Positions 8,234-16,771 of a stretch of DNA of 45,281 nucleotides are shown here, piece after piece. The notes under the pieces are model-generated. The model was not told where the DNA came from, did not search any database, and saw nothing but the letters and a program-made list of their open reading frames with translations. The translations under genes and the position numbers were made by a program. Location: the IMG/VR virus record IMGVR_UViG_3300044676_005977, positions 1 through 45,281 of that record; one strand, written 5' to 3'. This DNA is from a virus. Taxonomy: Duplodnaviria > Caudoviricetes. Numbering within the stretch: position 1 is the stretch's first letter; the number at the start of each line of letters is the position of its first letter.

Positions 8234-10996
8234 ATGGCAGACTTTATTGGTTTGAATGAGAATGATAAGAGAGTCATTCAAGACCTTATCAACAAGACTT
8301 ATCGAAGGTCGCAGAACGACCCCCCCGTTGAAGGGGAGATCCCTAAGAACCGGGCTACCGAAACGTACCTCGCTAGAGTCCCGTGCGGGGAGACGATCCC
8401 TCCAAAAGAAGATAACATCCCCGGATTCAAAAGATGTTGTATCTTCAAACTTGTTCCAACTGTGGATGATTTCGAGTCGGGCATGACCATTGAGCCGGTC
8501 ATGGAAGGGGACAACAGGGTAAGACGTACAGTGTACAATCTGTCCTCTGCCGAGATAGGGGACTACGAATACTTTGTGATTTCCCGTGACAGCTTTGGGA
8601 AGTGGGTTATTGATAGGGGTCTCCGAGGGTACGAAGCAGACGCACAGACCACCACCACTTTCAAGAACAGTGCGACCACAGCCAACCCAGCGAACCCTGA
8701 TACGGACTCTGCGGGAAACTACACGCCAACACCCGGGGATCCAAGCTCCTACATTGAAAATCAATGTAAGGGTAAGTGCAAGTTTGTGTGGTCAGCTTCG
8801 GCTAACCAATGGTTGCTGTCAGAATCTTGCTGTGACGGTTCCTGTGGGAACGGACCATCGACGACAACAGGGGGTCCCACGACCACCACGACAGGTGGAT
8901 CGTCCAGTTCATCTACGTCCACTTCCTCAACCTCATCCACTTCCTCAACCTCATCCACAACGACCACAACTGAGTGTCCTTGTCCAGTTGAAGAAGCATC
9001 CACCTCTTCCTCATCTTCTACGACTTCCACGAGTGGGGATCCTTCCTCGACCACTACCACCACGTCTAATCCCACCACAACAGAGGAACCCTCAACAACT
9101 ACGACAGGGTTCGAGCCTGAACCCGGATCGTGTAGATGCTCCTATCCCACTTCATGTGGGACCTTTGAGGGTCAATGTATTTGGACGGAATGCTCTCTGA
9201 ATCCAGCTAACCCTCTCACGGATTGCACGACTACCGGAATTCCCGGTGAAGACGAGGAATGTGACTGTGCCACAACCACTACCCAAGCTCCCACAGAGGA
9301 GTGTACGGACTGTGAATGGGTCAATGGTCCGTTCGGTCTTGTTCTCACAAGGTATGGATGCAACGGGAACTGTGGATGTGTTGCACCGGCTGGAGGTGTA
9401 CCTTTGTGTAGCACAGCCACGTCACCTTGCGTGTCTCCCCCTGTGTACCCTCCACCTAGTCCCTACTGCGTTGGAACCTGTCAGTGGATTGGGACATTAG
9501 GGGGTCAATGGTACTATGCCGGAGGGGGTTGTTCTAGCAACGACCCGTCGAGGGGTTGTGTATGCACCAGTCCTAACGGGGAACCGGGATGCGGTGCTTA
9601 CGCAGAGACGGGGTGCAGTTGGCAAGAACCAGAAGACACATCTGTCCCGAATCCGGCCTGCATCAAAGAATGTTACGAATACAACACAACGACTACCCCC
9701 ATCCCCGGAGGGGAGGGGTGCGATGGGTCCTGTGATTGGATTGTAAGCGGAGGGGATTGGTCAATTGACTCGGACAACTGCGGGGAGTGTGATTGCGCTG
9801 ACCCTGTGATCACTCCGGGAAGTGACTGTGATTCAACATCAACAGGGTGCGTCAAGAACACAACCACAACCTCAACATCCGCAGACCCCTCAACCACGAC
9901 TACGACATGCGACCCCTCTTGTACAGGGATGTGCATTGCCCGAGGGTGGATAACCGAATTCGGGGCAAGGGCCTATTCTGTTGACACTACGTGTCCCGGC
10001 GCCGACTGCGGGTGCGAAGAAGGGTGGGATGACGGTTGTACATTTAGTGACGAATTCCCTTGTCAGGCGTCTGGTTCTTGCTGTTCTAGTGACCCCGAGA
10101 GCTGCAACACCTGCGAGGGAGTGGTAACGACATCCTCACCTTCTACAACGACGACAGGGTCTCCCACTACAACCACGGCCCCTCCCGTCACGGGGGGCTG
10201 CTGCTTCCCATCTGGTGCGTGTTCCAATGGTGTGCAATCAGGAACATGTACGGGAGCGGGAGGTACTTACCTCGGAAATGATGTGGAGTGTAACTTCACG
10301 AATTGCACAACCTCTACCACAGAAGCTCCTACTACGACAGTGGCCCCTACCACGACTACGACAGAGGCCCCTAATACCACAGTAGCTCCCACTACCACAG
10401 CGGCCCCGACCACGACCGGAGCACCCCCCACAACCACGTCTTATGCTCCCACAGAATATGGAGCTTGCTGTCAGTCTGATGCCAGTTGTGTCGATAATGT
10501 AAATGAGAGTTACTGCAATGACTTCGTGAAAGGGACTTTCCAAGGCCCAGACACGACTTGTGACACGGTGTCATGTCCAACTACAACTACTACCACAACG
10601 ACAGAAAATCCTGAATTTGGAGCCTGTTGTTACGGGGACCCAGAAGTTTGTACTGATGGGGTTCTGGAATCGTTTTGCGAGGACTTCTTGGAGGGTACTT
10701 TCCAAGGGGCCGGGACGGAGTGTGATGGGAATAGCTGTCCGACCGCAACTACGACTACGACTACGACTACGACTACGACTACGACTACGACTACGACTAC
10801 GACTACGACTACGACTACGACTACAACTACGACTACAGCAGCCCCATCAGGGGGAGCCTGTTGTGATGCGACAGGAGTGGGCAGTTGTGTTCAAGCGGAC
10901 GATGCCGGGGCCTGTCAAGAAATCTATTCAATTTACTGTTTTTATGATGGAGTGACTTGCGGCGAATCGACTTGTGACGCATGTCAAGAACCGTGA
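8234..10996 (+). CDS. Cys-rich, Thr/Ser-tract mucin-like protein (putative tail fibre/adhesin)
   Basis: 920 aa. Cys/Gly/Trp modules (C.G.C.W....G.W....C...C.C) and G(A/G)CC repeats alternate with long T/S/P linkers, at the position normally occupied by tail fibres. Confidence 0.7.
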   Translation: MADFIGLNENDKRVIQDLINKTYRRSQNDPPVEGEIPKNRATETYLARVPCGETIPPKEDNIPGFKRCCIFKLVPTVDDFESGMTIEPVMEGDNRVRRTVYNLSSAEIGDYEYFVISRDSFGKWVIDRGLRGYEADAQTTTTFKNSATTANPANPDTDSAGNYTPTPGDPSSYIENQCKGKCKFVWSASANQWLLSESCCDGSCGNGPSTTTGGPTTTTTGGSSSSSTSTSSTSSTSSTSSTTTTTECPCPVEEASTSSSSSTTSTSGDPSSTTTTTSNPTTTEEPSTTTTGFEPEPGSCRCSYPTSCGTFEGQCIWTECSLNPANPLTDCTTTGIPGEDEECDCATTTTQAPTEECTDCEWVNGPFGLVLTRYGCNGNCGCVAPAGGVPLCSTATSPCVSPPVYPPPSPYCVGTCQWIGTLGGQWYYAGGGCSSNDPSRGCVCTSPNGEPGCGAYAETGCSWQEPEDTSVPNPACIKECYEYNTTTTPIPGGEGCDGSCDWIVSGGDWSIDSDNCGECDCADPVITPGSDCDSTSTGCVKNTTTTSTSADPSTTTTTCDPSCTGMCIARGWITEFGARAYSVDTTCPGADCGCEEGWDDGCTFSDEFPCQASGSCCSSDPESCNTCEGVVTTSSPSTTTTGSPTTTTAPPVTGGCCFPSGACSNGVQSGTCTGAGGTYLGNDVECNFTNCTTSTTEAPTTTVAPTTTTTEAPNTTVAPTTTAAPTTTGAPPTTTSYAPTEYGACCQSDASCVDNVNESYCNDFVKGTFQGPDTTCDTVSCPTTTTTTTTENPEFGACCYGDPEVCTDGVLESFCEDFLEGTFQGAGTECDGNSCPTATTTTTTTTTTTTTTTTTTTTTTTTTTTTTTAAPSGGACCDATGVGSCVQADDAGACQEIYSIYCFYDGVTCGESTCDACQEP
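10748..10837 (+). repeat. (ACTACR)15 hexanucleotide microsatellite encoding poly-Thr30
   Basis: 12 perfect ACTACG copies (10748-10819), then ACTACA, ACTACG, ACTACA. Confidence 0.95.
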
Positions 10997-11171
10997 TTTA
11001 TTAAGGAAACAGGGATGACGGAATTATTTTTAATAGTAGGAATGGTACTGTTCTTGACTGTAGGGCTGAGACTTTCTTTTGCACCTGATGAAGAACAGGA
11101 TTTCACGAAACCCATTCTTGTTATCCAAGGTATCGAAAAAACCCACAAACCAAGCTGGAGAGAAAGAGAGA

Positions 11172-13073
11172 ATGAGAGAACCACTACTGACCATCGGAAT
11201 GGCGACACACACGGACTTTCATGGGACTTATTTTACGATTCAGTCCCTGAGAACCCATCACCCTGAAATCATGGAGGATGTGGAGATTATTGTCATCGAC
11301 AATAATCCCAACTCCTCTCATGGAAAAGCCGTGAAAGGTGTGATCGACAGTGTAAACGGAGGAAACCCAAAGTACCCAGCAAGGTATATTCCATTTGAAA
11401 ACGCAGTGGGAACCTCCGCTTCCCGCGAGCAAATATTCAAAGAGGGGTCGGGCAAGTTCATCATGTCCGTGGACTGTCACGTCCTGTTCCCGAAGGGGTC
11501 CTTGGGAACTCTTGTGAAGTATCTGAAAGATAACCCAAATTGTTCGGACTTCATGCACGGTTCCTTGTTCTACGACAACCTACAGAACTACTCCACACAC
11601 TTCAATGACCAATGGCGGTCAGAGATGTGGGGAACTTGGGGGACAGCTTGGAAAGCTCCCAATGGGTTCCACTTCTCGTCTGTCAAGATCGGGACCAAAC
11701 CTGTTCTGATCGATCTGAAAGATGGAAAGACACCCGTAGGCATTGATGAGCTTGGGTTCTCGTTCAATGCCGACAAGTGGGAAGGTCACGAACAGTATCT
11801 GATCCAAAAAGGATGTAATTCTGTTGGAGGCGACCCCGACGACGAGGTCTTTGACATTCCCGGACAAGGTCTGGGTATGTTCCTTGTCGCAAAGGAACAC
11901 TGGCCCGGATTCAACATCCATGCCCGAGGGTTCGGAGGCGAGGAACTGTATGTTCATGGGAAGCATCGAGCACAGGGCAAACGAGTAGTCCTGCTTCCAT
12001 TCCTTCCTTGGGTTCACAGGTTCGCCCGTCCAGACGGTGTGAAGTACCCTCTTACGTTGTGGAACAAGGTTCGTAACTACGTCCTTGAGTTCTCAGAACT
12101 GAAGTGGGACCTCGAACCTATCCGTCATCACTTTGTGGAAGAGATTGGCAACATGTCCCAGAAGCAGTGGGAATACTTGATCAAGGACCCAATCAATCAC
12201 ATTGCGTACCCCTCCCACATCCAATCGGTCACGGGAGAAGTCAATGGGGACGACAGATGGGTCCACGAGTGCAGTTCCGTGCAAGACATCCACGACCGTC
12301 TCAAAAAGATTCCCCGTGACTTCAATGAACACATGGATACCTTGAAAAAGTACGCAGATGAGTGCGAGACTGTTCTGGAATTCAGTGATCGACGAGAGAC
12401 CTGCATCCCTCTGTTGGCAAGCAAAGCCAAAATGATCCAAAGCTACAATACGGAGGGGGGTAATGTTGTTGTTCAAAAAGCGACAAGGATCGCGGAGAAC
12501 AGTGACGATTCCCGAGTGATCGAGATTTATACAAAAGGGGACATGAAGGAACTTGAGAAGATCAGAAAATCTGATCTGGTATTCATCGACAAGTGCTCTA
12601 ATGAGAAAGAGCTGGATGCTTTCATGGGTCCGATGAGGCATCAAGGCATCTTCAAGAGGTACATCGTACTTCACGATGTGAATGTGTACCCTGAACTGAT
12701 GGGATACGCCGTGAAGTTCATGAAGGAGTACCCAGAGTGGTCTGTTGTTGAGAAGACCAACACTCAACACGGTTTGCTCGTTTTGAGCTGCGACAAACGG
12801 GACAAGAAGCCGCTTCCCAGTTTGGGGACCAAAGGCAAGAACCTGTTCCAAGCGGCAAAGAACTACATAGGGGACGGTCTCAAGAATTCCACAAAGGAGG
12901 AGTATGAGGACAGACTCGCGATCTGTTACGAATGCCCTTCCCGCAACGACAAGAATTGCGGAGAGTGTGGGTGTTTCATCGAGGCCAAAGCAGCCATCAG
13001 ATCATCTGAATGTCCACTTGCGAAGTGGCCTGTTGTGGATCCTAAGAAAGGGGAAGAGAATGTCGAGGATTGA
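11172..13073 (+). CDS. Multidomain protein: GT2-like (GT-A) glycosyltransferase + degenerate class I methyltransferase-like domain + C-terminal Cys-rich (DUF6171-like) domain
   Basis: GT part: LTIGMAT, IIVIDNN, FIMSVDCH, GFGGEE. MTase-like part: DLVFID, YIVLHD. C-terminus: RLAICYEC..CGECGCFIEAKA...CPLAKW. Likely start ATG 11172. Confidence 0.75.
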   Translation: MREPLLTIGMATHTDFHGTYFTIQSLRTHHPEIMEDVEIIVIDNNPNSSHGKAVKGVIDSVNGGNPKYPARYIPFENAVGTSASREQIFKEGSGKFIMSVDCHVLFPKGSLGTLVKYLKDNPNCSDFMHGSLFYDNLQNYSTHFNDQWRSEMWGTWGTAWKAPNGFHFSSVKIGTKPVLIDLKDGKTPVGIDELGFSFNADKWEGHEQYLIQKGCNSVGGDPDDEVFDIPGQGLGMFLVAKEHWPGFNIHARGFGGEELYVHGKHRAQGKRVVLLPFLPWVHRFARPDGVKYPLTLWNKVRNYVLEFSELKWDLEPIRHHFVEEIGNMSQKQWEYLIKDPINHIAYPSHIQSVTGEVNGDDRWVHECSSVQDIHDRLKKIPRDFNEHMDTLKKYADECETVLEFSDRRETCIPLLASKAKMIQSYNTEGGNVVVQKATRIAENSDDSRVIEIYTKGDMKELEKIRKSDLVFIDKCSNEKELDAFMGPMRHQGIFKRYIVLHDVNVYPELMGYAVKFMKEYPEWSVVEKTNTQHGLLVLSCDKRDKKPLPSLGTKGKNLFQAAKNYIGDGLKNSTKEEYEDRLAICYECPSRNDKNCGECGCFIEAKAAIRSSECPLAKWPVVDPKKGEENVED

Positions 13074-13623
13074 GGAAGAGTACAAAACCGCAGTCAACAC
13101 TCCGAGTGACATCAATCAGCATCTGGAGTTCCTGTATGAGCAATCAAGCCCCTCGAATGTCTACCATATCACTGAGATGGGAATCAGGACGGGAGTGTCC
13201 ACACGGGCATTCCTCGCTGCCGGGCCTCTCCAGTACAAGGGTTACGACATCAAGCAACCCCCTGCGATTGTGATTGATCTGATCAGTGAAGTCTGTGGGG
13301 AATACGGAGAGTTCATTTTGGGGGACTCATTAGAAGTCGACATTGAGCACACAGATATTCTGTTTATTGACACTCTCCACAACGGAGATCAACTCTATCG
13401 GGAATTGACTCGACATGAGGACAAGGTCGATCAGAAAATCATACTCCACGACACGAGCACGTTTGGGTACAAGGACGAGCAGTACGAGGGCCCCTACGCC
13501 TATGTGGGACTGGTCCCAGCAATCATGGCCTTTCTCAGCAAGAACCCACAGTGGGTCTTGAAACGAGTATTCACTCACAACAATGGACTGTCTGTTTTAG
13601 AGCGAGTCACTGGACCGTCGTAG
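13060..13623 (+). CDS. Class I SAM-dependent methyltransferase (Methyltransf_24-like)
   Basis: PSDINQHL, ITEMGIRTGVST, DILFIDTLH, IILHDT, NNGLSVL; start ATG 13060 overlaps the upstream gene end. Confidence 0.8.
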   Translation: MSRIEEEYKTAVNTPSDINQHLEFLYEQSSPSNVYHITEMGIRTGVSTRAFLAAGPLQYKGYDIKQPPAIVIDLISEVCGEYGEFILGDSLEVDIEHTDILFIDTLHNGDQLYRELTRHEDKVDQKIILHDTSTFGYKDEQYEGPYAYVGLVPAIMAFLSKNPQWVLKRVFTHNNGLSVLERVTGPS

Positions 13624-13680
13624 AAGCGTCCGCGAGGATGTTTGCCCTTCAATAGGCGGGTGACAAGGACGACAGGTCTG

Positions 13681-13721
13681 ACCCCCGGGAGTTTTTAGTC
13701 ATTCTCCGGGGGTTTTTATTT
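13681..13721 (+). terminator. Intrinsic terminator
   Basis: ACCCCCGG...CCGGGGGT stem followed by TTTTATTT. Confidence 0.65.
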
Positions 13722-13740
13722 CTAGCAAGAGAGAAAGAAA

Positions 13741-14514
13741 ATGGAAGAATATCCATTCGTAACGGGACTCTGCCCCACATACAAACGACCCGATCTTCTG
13801 GCTACAGTTCTGGCCTGTTGGGAGTCCCAGCTTTATCCCCCAGGGAGACGACAACTGATCGTGATGGACGACTGTGGTCAGTTCGGGGAGAAAGCCACAG
13901 AGCCGCGAGACACTTGGAAGATCTATTCGCAGACCGAGAGGTTCCCACACCTCCCTGCGAAGTTCAACCACATGGCTTCTCTCGCAGACCCTCGGACAGA
14001 CCTGTTCGTTGTCATCGAAGACGACGACATCTACTTCCCCCATCACATCGATCTGCTGGTCGAGTCTTACAAATCCGGGAATCACTTCCTCGCAACGGAA
14101 CAGATCTTTTCCACATACGGAAAGGGTCGAACAGGAGAAGTGCAAAGAGAGAAAGCGGAGGGAAGGTTCCATGCCTCTTGGGGTTACTCAAAAGAGATGT
14201 GGGACAAGGTCGGGGGTTATGTCCAAACGGACCAACTTTCATTCGACCAAGAAACCCGTGGGAGGTTTATCAGAGAATCTGATTCTTATAGTATTCAACC
14301 AGTCGAACCTTTCGGCCCCTCCTACGCTTATCGCTGGGGCAACGGTCACTGGAATGCTTCGGGAGCAGGAAGCAACTATTCCAAGTTCTATGACAACCTC
14401 TCGGAGTACAAATCAGAACATCAATCCGACATTACTCCTCATATCGACGAGGAGGCTTACAAAGTGTTGACCGGCGTGGTTGACAAATGTTGGAATAACA
14501 TTCCTTTAGTTTAA
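13741..14514 (+). CDS. Glycosyltransferase family 2 (GT-A)
   Basis: FVTGLCPTYKRPDLL, SQLYP, LIVMDD and the DxD-containing IEDDDIYFPHHI. Confidence 0.85.
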   Translation: MEEYPFVTGLCPTYKRPDLLATVLACWESQLYPPGRRQLIVMDDCGQFGEKATEPRDTWKIYSQTERFPHLPAKFNHMASLADPRTDLFVVIEDDDIYFPHHIDLLVESYKSGNHFLATEQIFSTYGKGRTGEVQREKAEGRFHASWGYSKEMWDKVGGYVQTDQLSFDQETRGRFIRESDSYSIQPVEPFGPSYAYRWGNGHWNASGAGSNYSKFYDNLSEYKSEHQSDITPHIDEEAYKVLTGVVDKCWNNIPLV

Positions 14515-14523
14515 GGCAACAGC

Positions 14524-14766
14524 ATGAGTTCATTGAATGAACAGCACGATGGCGATCATTACAAGAAGACAGCCATACAACCCATCGAGTATGTACAGGC
14601 AAACAACCTCAACGCCTGTGAGTCGTTCGCCATCAAACACATCAGTCGCCACCACTTGAAAGGCGAGGGGGAGATGGACATCAAGAAAGCTATTCACTAT
14701 CTTCAAATGCTCTTGGAGATGGAATATAAAGTAGCAAGTGAAGTCGTCTATGAGGATTTAACCTAA
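14524..14766 (+). CDS. DUF3310-family protein (T7 gp1.7 nucleotide-kinase related)
   Basis: DHYKKTAIQPIEYV, IKHISR..LKG, DIKKAIHYL. Confidence 0.75.
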   Translation: MSSLNEQHDGDHYKKTAIQPIEYVQANNLNACESFAIKHISRHHLKGEGEMDIKKAIHYLQMLLEMEYKVASEVVYEDLT

Positions 14767-15345
14767 ACGGTGTATTCTTCCGCTCACAAGCTCCTCTGAG
14801 TGAGTCACCTGAATAAACTGAAAGTCCAGCTCGTCAGACAGTTTCTCCATGAATTGTCTGACGGGTTCTCTGTACTTCTCTGATACAAAACGGAACCCCT
14901 CATCCATCACGATGACGCGAGAGTTCCCGGACAGGCAGATAGCCCCCACCCTCAATGCGAACGAGGCAAGGTCGAGGACCCCTCCACCAACGCTTGCTTT
15001 CGGGTCTTCCAGAACAACCCCGTCTCTTTTGAAAGTCAGAAGAGCTTCGGTCGAATTTCTCTTGTTCTTGAACACAATATCAAATTCGTATGGATCGTCG
15101 AGAACGGACCTCAGACAGCGTGTAACGAGCTTCCCCAGAAAGTGATGGACTTGTGTCTGCATGACCTCTACAGAGGTTCTCAGCACATCGTGTGCCTCCA
15201 AACAGTGGATATGATTACTTTCCAGAGACTCCAGACGCAAAACAAGCCGATCCTTGTGGTTTTGGACCTCCATGTGGCTCTTGTGCGTCTCTGAGACTTC
15301 TTGTTCAATTTCCTCGAACTCATTCAGCAGGCTGTCCAATCTCAT
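14758..15345 (-). CDS. SbcC/Rad50-like ATPase, C-terminal half
   Basis: Coiled coil, ABC signature variant SVGGG, Walker B VIVMDE and H-loop QVTH; own AAGGAG RBS. Confidence 0.8.
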   Translation of the reverse strand: MRLDSLLNEFEEIEQEVSETHKSHMEVQNHKDRLVLRLESLESNHIHCLEAHDVLRTSVEVMQTQVHHFLGKLVTRCLRSVLDDPYEFDIVFKNKRNSTEALLTFKRDGVVLEDPKASVGGGVLDLASFALRVGAICLSGNSRVIVMDEGFRFVSEKYREPVRQFMEKLSDELDFQFIQVTHSEELVSGRIHRLG

Positions 15346-15574
15346 CGAGTTGCTCCTTTGCTTTCTTGATCTTGGCTCGGATGGATTTTTCCATCTTCTC
15401 TTCCTTGGTTTTGTACTCTTCTAGGAGTTCTCGGGCCGTTCGCACAGTATCACAGTCGAACTTTTCTTTCAGTTCTTTCTTGTAATTCTCCAGACTCCCG
15501 ACTGCTCGATCCCTTTTTGTCTGGATCTCTCCTATTTTCTTTTCGAGTTTCTTGATCTCTTGTTCAATGCTCAT
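15320..15574 (-). CDS. Small coiled-coil protein (possible detached SbcC arm segment)
   Basis: 84 aa K/E-rich heptad pattern directly upstream of the SbcC C-half. Confidence 0.6.
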   Translation of the reverse strand: MSIEQEIKKLEKKIGEIQTKRDRAVGSLENYKKELKEKFDCDTVRTARELLEEYKTKEEKMEKSIRAKIKKAKEQLDEIGQPAE

Positions 15575-15822
15575 GGTCCCCCCAATTTCATTCCTGTGAT
15601 TGTTTCAAAAGCCTCGTATGTCTTATCGCACAGTTCTCCGAATGATAACAGATCACAGGCGTCCGTGATGCTGATCAGTTGATGCTCGATCACGAGATCG
15701 GAAACGAACTCCACCTTTTTCATAGGTTCGTTTTTCATGAGGACGAATATAGCGTGGACGGAAGAAGCTCTCAACTGGATCTCTTCCTTTCCGGGAATGT
15801 ATTTCGCTTCAGGCATTATCAA
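15571..15822 (-). CDS. Hypothetical protein
   Basis: Overlap-coupled ORF between SbcD and the coiled-coil gene. Confidence 0.5.
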   Translation of the reverse strand: MIMPEAKYIPGKEEIQLRASSVHAIFVLMKNEPMKKVEFVSDLVIEHQLISITDACDLLSFGELCDKTYEAFETITGMKLGGP

Positions 15823-16771
15823 CCATCTCCCAGATAATATCTCGAACTTGTTTCTTTGTCTTTGCTTTATCCATGACCTGTTTCAAAACAGTATTCATGG
15901 AGAGTCGACCGGCCTCTGACATCGCATTCTTCAGAACATCCATGACTTCCTCGAAGTCCTTCTCGTTGTTCTCTGCTGAGGCCAGAGCCTCTTCCTTTTC
16001 CAAGAAGACATCTTGGGATGTGTCGAAGAAGTTATTCTCCAACGTCCCATTGTCGTATAATATGACAGCTCTTGGCTCGTGATCGACCTCGTTCGAGTGT
16101 CTACGGTAGAAGGACCCGATGTTCACGATTGTAGGATCCCCCGAGACCGGGCTTTCCAGATCGAAAGGGGAGTGGTTATCTCCAAAGAAAGCAACGTCAA
16201 ATCCCTGAAGTTTATTCTGGTACGCTGTGGCATGTTCCTCGTCGCTGACTCCGGGGAAACTGTGGCCTTCCAGCCAGCAGTAACCATGCACGATAGCAAC
16301 TCTGAAGTTGTAACCCGGCTCGTCCCATTTTTTCAACTTTGAGTTCCAAGGGAACCCCCGGACGACAGCGGAACCTCTCCCTCGTTGTTTCATTTTGTAC
16401 CCAAAAGCCATCCTACCCGAACCCAGATTGCGAATCACATTCGACTTCTCCAGAACCCCGTAGGCCGCTTTATGACGCAGATCGTATCGGTGATTTGGGA
16501 GATCGTGCTGACCGGGGATCGCCACTGTTTTCGGAGGAAGTTGATCAATCGCAAAACTGATTAGATGAGGACTGGGGTTCCATCGATCAAACACGTCTCC
16601 ACAGATGAAGACCTTGCATCCCAGTTGAGCCTGTAGCTTCTTGAGCTGCTTCAACTGACGAGACATCGCTGAGAACCAACAAGTCTCCCCACGCCTTGCG
16701 AGAGGGGCCTTGTCAGATAAGTGGATGTCAGATACGAAGATCCCTAAAGGGGTCGCTGGCATGTTGGACAT
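15809..16771 (-). CDS. SbcD/Mre11-like metallophosphoesterase nuclease
   Basis: SDIHL, CGDVFD, PGQHD, IVH and GDNHS motifs. Confidence 0.88.
   Translation of the reverse strand: MSNMPATPLGIFVSDIHLSDKAPLARRGETCWFSAMSRQLKQLKKLQAQLGCKVFICGDVFDRWNPSPHLISFAIDQLPPKTVAIPGQHDLPNHRYDLRHKAAYGVLEKSNVIRNLGSGRMAFGYKMKQRGRGSAVVRGFPWNSKLKKWDEPGYNFRVAIVHGYCWLEGHSFPGVSDEEHATAYQNKLQGFDVAFFGDNHSPFDLESPVSGDPTIVNIGSFYRRHSNEVDHEPRAVILYDNGTLENNFFDTSQDVFLEKEEALASAENNEKDFEEVMDVLKNAMSEAGRLSMNTVLKQVMDKAKTKKQVRDIIWEMVDNA

Noticed and set aside
10560-10955. (RL)n dipeptide-repeat ORF
   Set aside because: It is a shifted-frame reading of the ACTACG microsatellite within the 920-aa gene.
11015-11266. Holin or lysis gene (83-aa ORF with N-terminal hydrophobic helix)
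   Set aside because: It overlaps the GT gene by about 95 bp and no endolysin is recognisable nearby. It may be a real small membrane protein, but a function is unsupported.
12093-12851. Long antisense/alternative-frame ORFs (also 33249..33896, 34236..34871, 35063..35761)
   Set aside because: They are shadows of well-supported genes, with no motifs of their own.
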